From Yuukianura sp. NJ FZ-2021 (taxonomy: Eukaryota): DNA of 64,000 nt. The translations under genes were made by a program, and so were the position numbers. Where the stretch lies: the NCBI GenBank assembly GCA_046563655.1, contig CM102285.1:4464001-4528000 (forward strand), given 5' to 3'. The notes beneath the pieces were generated by a model. It was not told the DNA's origin, searched no databases, and saw only the letters and a list, made by a program, of their open reading frames with translations. This document shows positions 24,001 through 34,910 of the stretch, one piece after another (positions within the stretch are counted from its first letter, which is position 1; each line of letters starts with the position of its first letter).

Positions 24001-24744
24001 TCAACACCCACAGCCACATCGGTTACATCCACATCCACAAGACCCTCCGCAGTTAGCGTTGCAGGTTACAGAACAGCCTTGCTGAAGACTTGCATTGCTG
24101 AGCTGACACAAAACTTGATGCGTAACTGGTCGGTCTTGAAACCATTTTCCGTAGTCACTTGTGCCCTTTCCCGATGGATAGGAGCGAAGGTACATATAGT
24201 CGTTGGTCGCATCTCCTCCGGGATTTCCAATGGGATTCCCCCAGTTAGCGTACGTAAAAGGCGTGCCGTCGGACCAAGTCCATTGACCTGAAACTCCCAA
24301 CGGTTGTCGACGACCACCAGTGAGCAGCCAATCGGATGCTTTCGGAATAACTGTCGCGGAAATGAACGCATCTTCTTGCGACGTTTCAATGTTGGCTAGA
24401 ACGGCTCCAGCATCTTTACATAGTTTGTCAGCATCTGTCCACGGCATGGCAGTCTTGTCCATGATCTTGTAACATTTTCCCAGGGGACTTGGGCCGTCCC
24501 AACCATTGGAACAAGTTTGCTCGGAGAAAACGACAAATTGCACTAGAGAAAAGTACGAATTGAAATTATATACTACATTGATGCATCGAATCTTTCGAGC
24601 TTTAGAAAAGCATTAAGTTTTGATATAAACTAACTCAACCTGATTACTATTAATATCAATAATATGGATTAATTAACGAAATAATAATTCTGAATTTAGT
24701 TCTTTACGGCAAAGAATTGCAATGGCTTGAATTCCAACGTTCAT
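24001..24744 (-). CDS. Secreted C-type lectin-domain protein with a Cys/Gly-rich tail (exons 24744-24708, 24542-24001)
   Basis: Spliced signal peptide MNVGIQAIAILCLQFVVFS; CTLD motifs CSNGW, KCYK, W..A...C, WTWSDGTPFTYANW and LCQ; tail GCSVTCNANCGGSCGCGCNRCGCGC. Confidence 0.88.
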
Positions 24745-26582
24745 GTTTTCGAGGTGGTTGTGTCAGAGACTTGTGACCTTTTAACCTTTGGAATTACTGC
24801 AGGAATTGGTGTAGAAATTAACAACTGGAATATTTGTGAACAAAAAGTTGAAATATTTATACACGGCTGTGCTTGCCGCAGCATCGCTATCTTTCCTTAA
24901 TATTGCTTTCAAGGGCTTTTTATTCTAGTACTAATTTGTTTTAGATTACAAATAACATTATTCCGCTTGTCACTAGTTTTAAAATTTCGAAATGACCGTG
25001 AACTTTTTTCACAGTTTTTGTAAACGTTTCTCCCTAATCAATTAGGCTAATTGCTCTCTTAATTTGTTATTCATTCCAGTTATCTATTTCCTCCAGAATT
25101 TTCTGTAATTTCCAAATATTATGCTATTCTATCCTAATTCTATTTTTTAAATGCCTGTACAGATGGTTCCAATTTAGATTGGAGTTCTACTTCCAACTGT
25201 TATAGGTATCGGAGTTTTGGAATTCACTGGAGTTAGGAGCATTGTTGAATAAAGACTGTCCAATATCAACCCGATTATACGTCCAGTGTCCAAAATGTTT
25301 GATTTTGTAATGCCTCAGCGTACTTTTTGAACACTGGAAACTGACTTTAAGGATTAATTGTTGACAAAATGAGCAAATTCTAGCGGAAAGAGATCTCCGT
25401 GTAATTAATTAATGTTAGCAACTTAATGGAAACAAAATGTGTTCATCACAGGAATTCACAACTCAATTAATGCTATGACAGACGGACAAGAAAAGTGCAA
25501 GAATACTTGGTGCAACCCAAATTGGCAGTCTCATTGGTCGTCTGTCATATGCACCGATATCGGTACACCCTATGTCGTGCACTTGGCCAATTTTTCTGCA
25601 TGCACCAATAAAGATTCCTCGGAGGAATCATTTTTTTGGTGCAGTAGAAAAATTGGCGTGCTGTGATTGGCCGGTGGGAGACTCAACCTTATTTGAATAC
25701 TTCTCGCCACCTTTCACTTTTACTTCACCAATTTTGTTATTTTGCAAGTATTAATTAAAATTACATTACCTTGCCTGGCACAGAATTTAAGTTTGCAACA
25801 AAGTATGCCACTTATTGCTGCTGTTAATGTGGAAACATTCCTAATGTTGTCAAAACCATAGGTCAAAATTGTCGCGAATGACGACATATATACCTAAAGT
25901 TAGAGTGTTGGAAATATGGCTATTTTTAAATTTTGACTGTTTTGGGAATTTGACAGAAGCGGTGCCAGAAATATTTGGAAATGGATAGCGACCGTTTTTC
26001 TTTTTCGACTGCTGGTAGAAAAAGGAGGAACTTGACTTTTTGGGAAGTAACAAAATTGAGAGATCAAAAAAGTAAAGTAATTGTAAAAAGATCCGGTAAG
26101 AAGTAAGAAATTTTGGCTCTGATTAGGAATTTAAAAGATTTGAATTGTTTTTGATTTGAAAGTAAATAAACATAACAAAATTAAAAATCAGTCAGTATTT
26201 TTACTTTCGTTGGGTTAGGGTTAAAGTGTCCGGGATTTGATAGCCACGCATCAACGGGTAGTTGAACAGTGCTTAAGTTAGAATTGGATCGTTTATCTAA
26301 CACAGATTGTCAAGGCTCATTGCGCACAAAACCGGGCAAACTTTGTAGGATCCGAAAGCTGCTTATACAAGTGTAGTGGAACGGAACGTAATAATTGGTA
26401 ACATAACGGCAAAGACGTTGAAAGATTCTGACGCGGTGTCGTTTTCAGGTGAACCGCAGTTGCTCGAGGTATACATTTTTTCAAAATATATTGCAAATAT
26501 TTCGGTAGAAAGAATTAAATAAATCAATTCTACCAAATTAGTAAGCAAAAATGTTTATTGCTTGTTCCGAATTTCGGAAGTA

Positions 26583-26815
26583 CAGTAGACTTTCCCACTT
26601 ATTCCATTTGCCAAATACAAAACAATTTCAATTGACAAATACAAAACCCGCACCAGTACACTGGCGGTAAAATGGCAAAATGAAACATGCAATGGCAAAT
26701 GGGGGATTTGCCAATGACAATTTGACTACACACTCATGTAATTTTCTAACCCCAGTGTAGTTCAATTGTATTTTGTTTTGTATTTGGCAAATGGAATAAG
26801 TGGGAAAGTCTACTG
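26583..26815. mobile_element. Tc1/mariner (pogo-type) MITE
   Basis: TA|CAGTAGACTTTCCCACTTATTCCATTTGCCAAATACAAAACAA ... exact reverse complement|TA. Confidence 0.85.
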
Positions 26816-27853
26816 TAAATTAATTTAAATTATTAGCCATTAATTATGAAATTAGTGGAATGTGAGAGTTCGTGACAGAATAAGAAACAAAAAAAATTCA
26901 AAAAAGACTTAAACCGCTCCATTCACTCATATGCCGTTGCTTGACCTCCGATTTCGGCGTTAAGGTATTTCGGCGCGTCATGATTTCGCCCTTCGTCCGC
27001 TAGATCTTTTGTGACATTCGGTGAGTTACCCTGATCCCGTTGCAATCAAGCTTGCTTAAACATTGGTTGTCATGTAGTGACCAGGGTATGTGGGAGTGTA
27101 CTGTACCCTCCACAATGTATTTTACACTACAACGGCCAGTTGTAAAGACACAGAACCGTTCACGAAAATTAATATTGTATTATTAGTAAGTGCAAGGGTA
27201 AGCAAGTTTTTGCATCTGAAATCCTGGCACATTCAAAACTGAAATCTGCAATGTAGATTAGAAGCTAAATATTTCAAAAATACTAACAAAGAAATTCAAA
27301 AATAAATTTTCTTGAAACTTTTATGAAAGAATTGGAAGAGTTGCTTGTACAGATAAAGAATTTTGCAAGTGTTGGAAACTTTTGCAGTTTTGCAATACAA
27401 TTTCCTGAAGTGTGAAAAATACTTAAAATGAGAATGTGTGAAACGTTGTAATTAAACTGGATAAAAATAAGTTGTGTAAACGAAAATTCATATAAATTTC
27501 ATTCTATTTTTGATAAGCTGTCACGTTTGTTGATGGTTTAATATTGAATATACCGTTGATATAAGGAATTATATTATTCTTGAGTATATATAATTATCTT
27601 GTTTTTTTCGTCGAATGATACTTTATATTTGTAGAATATTAACGATTAAATTCAATAAATTCGGGCTGTAACTGGCTGTTCATATTTCTGATTAGATCCA
27701 ATAGTATCCTTGACGAAATCACCACTTTTAGTTTCGTTAGTGTAAATCCTTGGCAAGTTTTTGATTTATTATTCTAGAATACTACCGATATTAGAAATAT
27801 TGAAAAATTGTGTAACTAAATTTAATATCAATTTTACGTTGTCATTTCGTTAG

Positions 27854-29781
27854 TCAATTCCTGTATCGATTTTTCGCTTGATTGTTGGCTGCTACTTTCT
27901 CAACCAAATCAGCAACTGCTAATTGGCTATTCGAAGACCTGATTCTTTGGCCAATCGTGCGCATGCGTTTCTCCAACAATTCATCTGCCAACAATTCTTC
28001 AATTGTTTTCAGTAATTCGTCTTCTGTTACCTTGTACGGGTTACATTGTTTGCCCAACCCAGTTTCTACTACCCTCTGTGCATTGTCCAACTGATCCCAA
28101 AGCAGGGGAACAACCAATACCCGTTTACCAAAGTAAAATGATTCTGTAATTGTGTTATTACCACCATGGGTTATCACTAGATCCACCAGAGGGAGTACTT
28201 TTGTCTGCGGGACGCTACTTTCGCCCCACATGTTTACGGGTAATTCAAATTCATTTGCTCGCGATCCTGAAATTTAAAAAAAAGTATGACGCATTACCTG
28301 CATTCTGTTTTACAATCTTCATAAAAATAATACGTGGGAGGTATTAGCGTAATTACTAGTAGTTAGTAATCATACCCTTCGAGACGATAAATCTATTGGC
28401 TGATTTTGTAAGAATAGAAACTAGTCTCTTCATTAGTTCAATATTGACACATCCAATTGATCCCAATGAAAAGTAAATCAGCTTCCCCGTTCCTACCGCT
28501 ATTCTTTTCGGCAATTCAAAGTCTCCGTCGCCCTGTCTTACAAAGGTGTCGAAGCGATACCAATTTCTTGGAGTTGCGCGGATGGAAGTGTAATCAAGTT
28601 CCAAAGGATACATGTAAATATTTGCCCATGGAGAAAATTTGACCCAGTAAGGGTGTATGAACTCCAGCGATGGACCGCCATTTTGTAGCACCCAGTTTCT
28701 GAACTCTTCAAAAAAATCTTTGTTGACAATACGACTTTCCTCGTGAAATTTTTTCCAGAGTTCTCGGTCACCGTCGGTTGGGTATCCGGAACACGCCGGC
28801 GGTACGTTCACGTTGGAAATTCCAAGGGGGTTGCAGGATACAGAAAACACCCAGGGAACATCTTTATAGAATTGATAAAAAAAATACAAGGTGTCCAACA
28901 ATTTAATTCAACAGCTGATTAGCTGTGTTGATGGAAATTGGTTGGATTTTAATTTAACTCAATCATATTTTGCTTTAGACTGAAGCATTTGATTGGCCCA
29001 TGAGTTTAAATCAAAATATGATTTAATTTAAAAAAACCTATGAACTTCGATCAACACAGCTAACCAGCTGCTGTATTAAATTGTTGGACATCCCGTGTAG
29101 TGCATGTATCGGGGTTTCAAAAAAGCAGCATAAACTTTCTCCAGTTTCATGCACATAAGAGGGGGTGACGTTCTAGGAAAAAAAAAGTGAGACGCCACTT
29201 TGTACACAAATCTGCATGTGGGTCTCCTGTTTTCTGGCCGCAGTCCACACATGGCGCCACTTTTGGCGTCGGTGAAAGTTTATGCTGAACTTTGGAAACC
29301 TCGATACCTATATTAGTAGAATTTAGATACATAAACTTTGGCCAATTTTGGTTTGGTTCAACGTTAACTCCTTACCATCTCTCATAAAGGCAGGAATATG
29401 AATAGTGAAATCCACAACAACTGCGTCAGGTTTGACCGTGTCCATGATTTCCTTGAACCTAGGATGTTGGTACTTCAGTTGCCTAAAACCCTCCTTCATT
29501 GTCGGAGTATGTACATTTCCAATAAGCTCAATAGATGGCATCCACCTTGCATTTTGAACAACAATATCGTTGAACTTATTTGCAGCAGCTTCTATTCCTT
29601 CTTCAGGTTCTAAGTAAAGTTCTTCAATGAAACCCTGTTTAGCAAAGTTTCCTCTCCTGCTTAATGGCGTCGCGAACACTACTTTGTGTCCTCGATCTCT
29701 TAGTCCTTCCGCAATTCCAATACAAGCATTGACATGTCCTGTGCCATCAACAGCAGCAAAAAGAAATGTATACTGTGACAT
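27854..29781 (-). CDS. UDP-glycosyltransferase (GT1), bacterial/MGT-like cytosolic type; exons 29781-29376, 28861-28376, 28266-27854
   Basis: N-terminal FAAVDGTGHVNACIGIAEGLRDRGHKVVFA, LIYFSLGS and the signature VPQTKVLPLVDLVITHGGNNTITESFYFGKRVLVVPLLWDQLDNAQRV. There is no signal peptide or C-terminal TM, and both GT-AG introns preserve the frame. Confidence 0.93.
28887..29097. mobile_element. Tc1/mariner-like MITE in UGT intron 1
   Basis: TA|CAAGGTGTCCAACAATTTAAT ... ATTAAATTGTTGGACATCCCGTG|TA. Confidence 0.7.
29106..29307. mobile_element. Second MITE in UGT intron 1
   Basis: GTATCGGGGTTTCAAAA..CAGCATAAACTTT ... AAAGTTTATGCTG..CTTTGGAAACCTCGATAC. Confidence 0.65.
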
Positions 29782-30319
29782 TTCAAACACTGCACCTTCC
29801 AACCCTTTGAAACCGACACACAAGATGATCTTTTCTATTATATTAATTATTTAAATACTTATATTAAATATTTAAAATATTGAAGTTCTTACATTTGCCA
29901 CTCAAAGTAAATACTGATGTTTAGAATGGTACCCAACTGTATATAACTAAAGTCATAGGTTCTTATCATTTTTTGACAAGTAGAGGGCAAGAGCAAACGC
30001 CCTTAGTTGTCCTTCCTTAAGCTAATGTTGCTTAATCATCGTCAGCAATAGAGATTGTGAAATAGTTTTATTTGTTAACCCTGACATGACACTCAAGGTT
30101 ACTTGAGACAAAACTAACTTAACTTGCTACTTGTGTTGGTCTCAAATAACCCTGACGACATCGATGAAGTGATGGTTAATCAACTTCTTGCAAGAAGGCA
30201 TAGAAAAGTATCACCAGACGATTCGCCACTAAACAGTGAGTTGACAAATCGATGTCTACTGGCAAGTTACTGCCAAATGCGTATAGTTGTTAAATAGTTT
30301 TTTTTAACTGGAGAAAATG

Positions 30320-30666
30320 TGGTGGAAAAAAAGTATAGCTTAAAATCACTTTTGTGTAAGTTCATATCCGTTAAAATTCTAACAAATCCCTTACATGTGA
30401 TGTGATTACAGTGTAAAATGTGAAGCCAACATGCAGAGTGTAGGAACATTTCTGTAGGAGAACGCTATTGGTATTCAGTGTATTAGGCATTTCGGAAGGC
30501 AACAATGTGCTTGTCCTTGGTATAACTTCTCACAAAAAAACTGTGAACGTATTTGGAAATTTTGAGTCCAAAATTTTTTTCCACCAATAGAATTGCCAGA
30601 CTGCCCCCTACATAGTTGAATAGCATGTAAAATGTAATTTGCAATTTTGTGTTCAGATGCAGTGCC
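30320..30666 (-). pseudogene. Orphan 3' fragment paralogous to the IR-like gene
   Basis: Aligns by eye with 31990-32323 (last TM segment ALHLNTKLQ..FYML, stop region and 3' UTR). The similarity ends at ~30666. Confidence 0.75.
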
Positions 30667-31130
30667 TGGTGACTTTAAAATAACTTTCTGAAAATCGTTT
30701 CTTAGAAACACTTTAGTAATGGTGAATGTCATAGTCATACTATCCCTTCTATTTTTTTTAGCCGCAACTTCCGCAGGGACAAAATTTAGGTCGTACTCGC
30801 TACGCTCCAGCTGCGGCCATATAATTACCTCTCAACAGAAAGTTCTGTGCCTTGCAATACCAATTTTTCAACCTATGCACATAGTGCACACCTTGTGTAT
30901 GGAAGTCCCGCGTTAGGAAAGGTGCCAAGGCATGACGCAGGCAAATTCAGAGAGTCGTCACAAATTAGATCAGGTTTTGCTTTCACAGACATTCACAAGT
31001 CTACCAACCAAGTTCCATCGTCACATCAACTAGACCTCATGACGATGACTTTCCCCCTAGCTACAGCGAACCCACAAAACATTCTACAAAGTGACTTTGG
31101 AAAAGAGTTTAACGACCCTAATTATTCATC

Positions 31131-31665
31131 AAGTAGCAAAGCTACTTTATACATCGACTTTGTCTGGCCGTCCGTCCATCTCCGGCAATTGTCTCAGAAA
31201 CGGTGCAACATTTCCGGGATCTGGTTTCACCTATCGACACCTAGTGACCCGGTGATGTTCACTATTGAATATCATCCCGGTGGGTCAACTCCATCCGGGT
31301 CAAAGGTCAAGGTCAACCGGTTTAATCCCCGGTAACATGGAAAATGAATTCTACAAAAGTTGTTTGTCTCATCGAGTGCAACAACTTTTGTGTACATCAC
31401 ATGACCCCAAGTGACGTCCTTCCGGGTCAAAGGTCAACTTTTTTTATTTTAGCGTTCTCCTGTTGTCCCATTGAAAGAAGTGGTGGAACCCACCCCCACT
31501 CGCCCGGTTGAACCCAACTGCACTCCTCAGGGTGAACCTATCTCCATTCCCCCCGGGGTAACTCATCTCCACTATCCCCGGGGAACCCATCTCCACTCAC
31601 CCGGGACCCGGGAAGGTGGGAGAAACCCACCCCACTCCCCGGGAGGAGGGCGCTATCTTCGCCAC
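31131..31665 (+). mobile_element. DINE-1/HINE-like element (same family as 12500-12959)
   Basis: Hairpin AAGTAGCAAAGCTACTT, GTCC microsatellite, shared body (GGTCAAAGGTCAAGGTCAACCGG...GGTAACATGGAAAATGA) and a GC-rich CCCCGGGG tract. Confidence 0.6.
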
Positions 31666-32136
31666 TTACGTACACCGGTTTACAACCGTTTATTAGGGAT
31701 GAACAAGATATTATTTCACTCAACGAAATCGCATTTCCACTGTGTCCAAATGCAATTTCGTAAGGCTAGTTTTCCGATGCAAGTATACCAGAGGAGCAAA
31801 CATTTTCAACCGAATGTGGTTATGGACTTTTTGTAATCTATTTCTTGTCAAGTAATGCACATTGCAGCTAATCTACTTCGGATGTCTGGTACATGCGTAT
31901 TTACGAATCCATTTATTAATCAGTTATTTCATGCAAACGAAATAAATTGTGATAAAATCTGTAGCGCTTAATGCATTAACTTGCCAATATGGTGGGAAAA
32001 AGTATAGCTTAAAATCACTTTTCTTCAATAATCAGTTAAAATTCTAACCAATGCTTTACATATTTAGTGTTATGTGAAACCAACACCAACATGCATAGTG
32101 TAGGAACGTTTGTGTAGGACAACTCTATATTGTGTA

Positions 32137-34447
32137 CTATATTAGGCATTTCAGAAGACAATGTACATGTCTTTGGTATAACTTTCTCACTAAAAAACAG
32201 TCAAAGTATTTGGAAATTATAAGGACAAAAATTTTTTCTACGAACAGAAGTGCCAGGCTGACGCCTACACAGTTCAATAGCATGTAAAATGTAGTTTGCA
32301 ATTTTGTGTTCAGATGCAGTGCCACAACAGTGGCAGATTCCCAGTGTGGTCTTCGTGTAGTGACAGACTTGAGCATATTTTTATACATCGGCTCCTGCTG
32401 TTTGACGCCAGAAATTCCGGACTCTACAAATGCCCTTGACGTACGGATAATGTTGGCCCTTGAAACTGTCACTGGCCAAATAGCGAGTCCCACCCTTTCA
32501 GTCAACAGAATATTTGACTTGTCTTCCACTCGGTACATTCCTTTGTAATAACGTTTGCGGTATTGTGCCTCTTCTAGCAGCGTGTCAATTTTAAAATCTT
32601 CCGCCATGAACAGAGATTTTGAACATTTCAGTACCTGAGACATTGCTGTAGCATTACAAGGAGAGGGTTCTAGCGCTTGAATAAATTTGAGCCTTCCCCT
32701 CCCGCCGAATTCAGAGTCGAACGCCGTTTTGGGTATAAGCTTCCATCCTCCATGATTATGAACCTCCGCCATGTAATGTGCTCTACGTTGAACATCATCG
32801 GACGATACTACAGCCTGGAGTGCCTCTTTAAATAAAAAAAATTCCCGGCATGTCGCTTTGTGCAAAAGACCTTTCGGTGGCAATATTGAATCTAAATTGT
32901 ATCCTCTCGTACAACAAAATCTTTTCAAAGACATCGACTTCGATTCAAAATATATTGAAAAGTTCTGTCGCGTGGCTTCCTCTAAGGAGTTAACTCCAAT
33001 TTCGTCAAAGGGCTTTACCAGTAACTGGATCAGAATACCTTTATACGCCACTGATAAAATCAAGGTCATCGTCACAAAGCAAATGGAGAATATCTTGAAA
33101 TTTCTATTTTGTTGGAGTTTAGTGGTTGACTGAAATGCATGCTCAAAAAGGTACGACAGTTGGTACATCCAAATCGAATCAGGAATGCGCAGAAGCTGAA
33201 AAGAAAATCCAAATATGGCCCACGCCAGGCCAAATTGGACTAAAATGTTGATCCAAACCCAATTTTGAAATGGCTTAAAGTAGTCTCCAAAGGTCAAATA
33301 GCCTTGAAGTCCGCTACAGGTAGCCAAACCAAATTTTTTGGATCGGGTAGGAACAATGAGGAACCTGCTATCCCACCACAGACCACTTGTGAACGATTCA
33401 ACACCTACTTGAACCAAGAACTCCTTTGTGTGCTTAAGACTTTTCAAGGCCGAATTTTCGATCCCAGAAGAATTGAACTGTGACGCGATGAATGAAGAAA
33501 ATTCAAGTAACTGGTCATCCTCATGGTCAGCCACCTTGAACTTACTGCGAAAAACCGTAATTTCGCTTTTCAGGCTTATGTAGTTCCAAATTTTTAAAAG
33601 TTCAAAAGATGTCACACCTAACAAAATAAGATGACGAGTCAAGAACATTCAAGATTTTTGAAGAACTAAACTGCCTATCAATTTTCCAAAGTACTGCAAA
33701 CATCAAAACCCGGATTCTGTACTAATTTTTTAACATATATTTTTTACCTTTGTCGTCACAAATTTTCCAACGTCCGAGAGGTACTTGCGTGAGTATTTTG
33801 TATAGAGGCAAATTAAAAATAATTTCTACTTCCAGAGATTCCTTTTCTACGTCCTTTTCCGAAAACTTGTAAATTGAGTACGGAATGAAATGAAATCGAT
33901 GGTATCTGAAGAAAATGAATTTGTAGTCAATCCACTTTTTACTGACCTTCCATTCGGTAGGAATTATCATCTGCAAATGAATCATGGATAGAATGGCAAG
34001 TGCTTCTGGCAACTTGGTCGTTTTTTGTTTCGTTTTAGACAAAGATGCAATCTTGATGTCTTGGTAGTCAGGACGAATCCAGTTGTGGTCAATGTATGTG
34101 TAGGCTTCTTGTATTTCGTCGATATACACAAGTGTAACTGCTAAACAGGTGACTCCTTTCGTCAAATAATTCCGTTGAACGATTCCACAAATTCCAGATT
34201 TTACGTTTCCAACAAACCCAGTCCTACCCGGGCTCGGTTCACAACTTGAATCTTTGTCCGGGTACTTAAACCCTCTTGGAGTGAGGGAGATAGGAACAGA
34301 AGAAACAAAGTCAACATGGCGCCCGAAAATAACGTGAGTGTAACAGTGTGTGGTATGATGCAGAAATGGAGTCAAGTTCAGGGACAATACGTCCATGATA
34401 AAAAACAAAAATATTACTAGCACCTGCACAGGGAATAAAAGATACAT
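32137..34447 (-). CDS. Divergent ionotropic receptor (IR/iGluR-like) membrane protein; exons 34447-33748, 33617-32137
   Basis: Signal peptide; YFKPFQNWVW before TM1; ILSVAYKGILIQLLVKP (M3-like); VESGI and a terminal TM. A phase-1 GT-AG intron joins the two ORFs (DDK-G-VTSFE). Confidence 0.7.
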
Positions 34448-34910
34448 TTTTTCAAATAATAAAAAAAAAACAAGAAATAAAGCGGATACTAGTAACACAG
34501 ACCTTTCGGGAAATCCAATTACTTAGTGTTATAATTACTTTTAAATTCTCAAATTTTCTTTGTTGTTTGTAATACGTGTATATTACCGTTAAAACAATTT
34601 GTTTTAACTTTGTTGAGTTTTAAGTCACAACGAAGCTATTTTATTTGAATTGATATTGCAAAGGATGGCGTGTAGACATTGTTTAATTAAAAGGATTACC
34701 GAATGGTTCGTGCCATTGCTGACTTTCTGTTTTTTTTTTTCTTCAAAGATCCAAAACGAAAAAAATATACATGCATAAATAATTGTACCATCACCGAAAT
34801 GGTATTGGTCTTCAGACGGCATAAACAATTTATAAACTATAAAACGAGTTAAGGACAAAATTTTTCGGATTAGTTCATAATTCTCTGAAAAGAAGCTTCG
34901 CCGATGTTTA

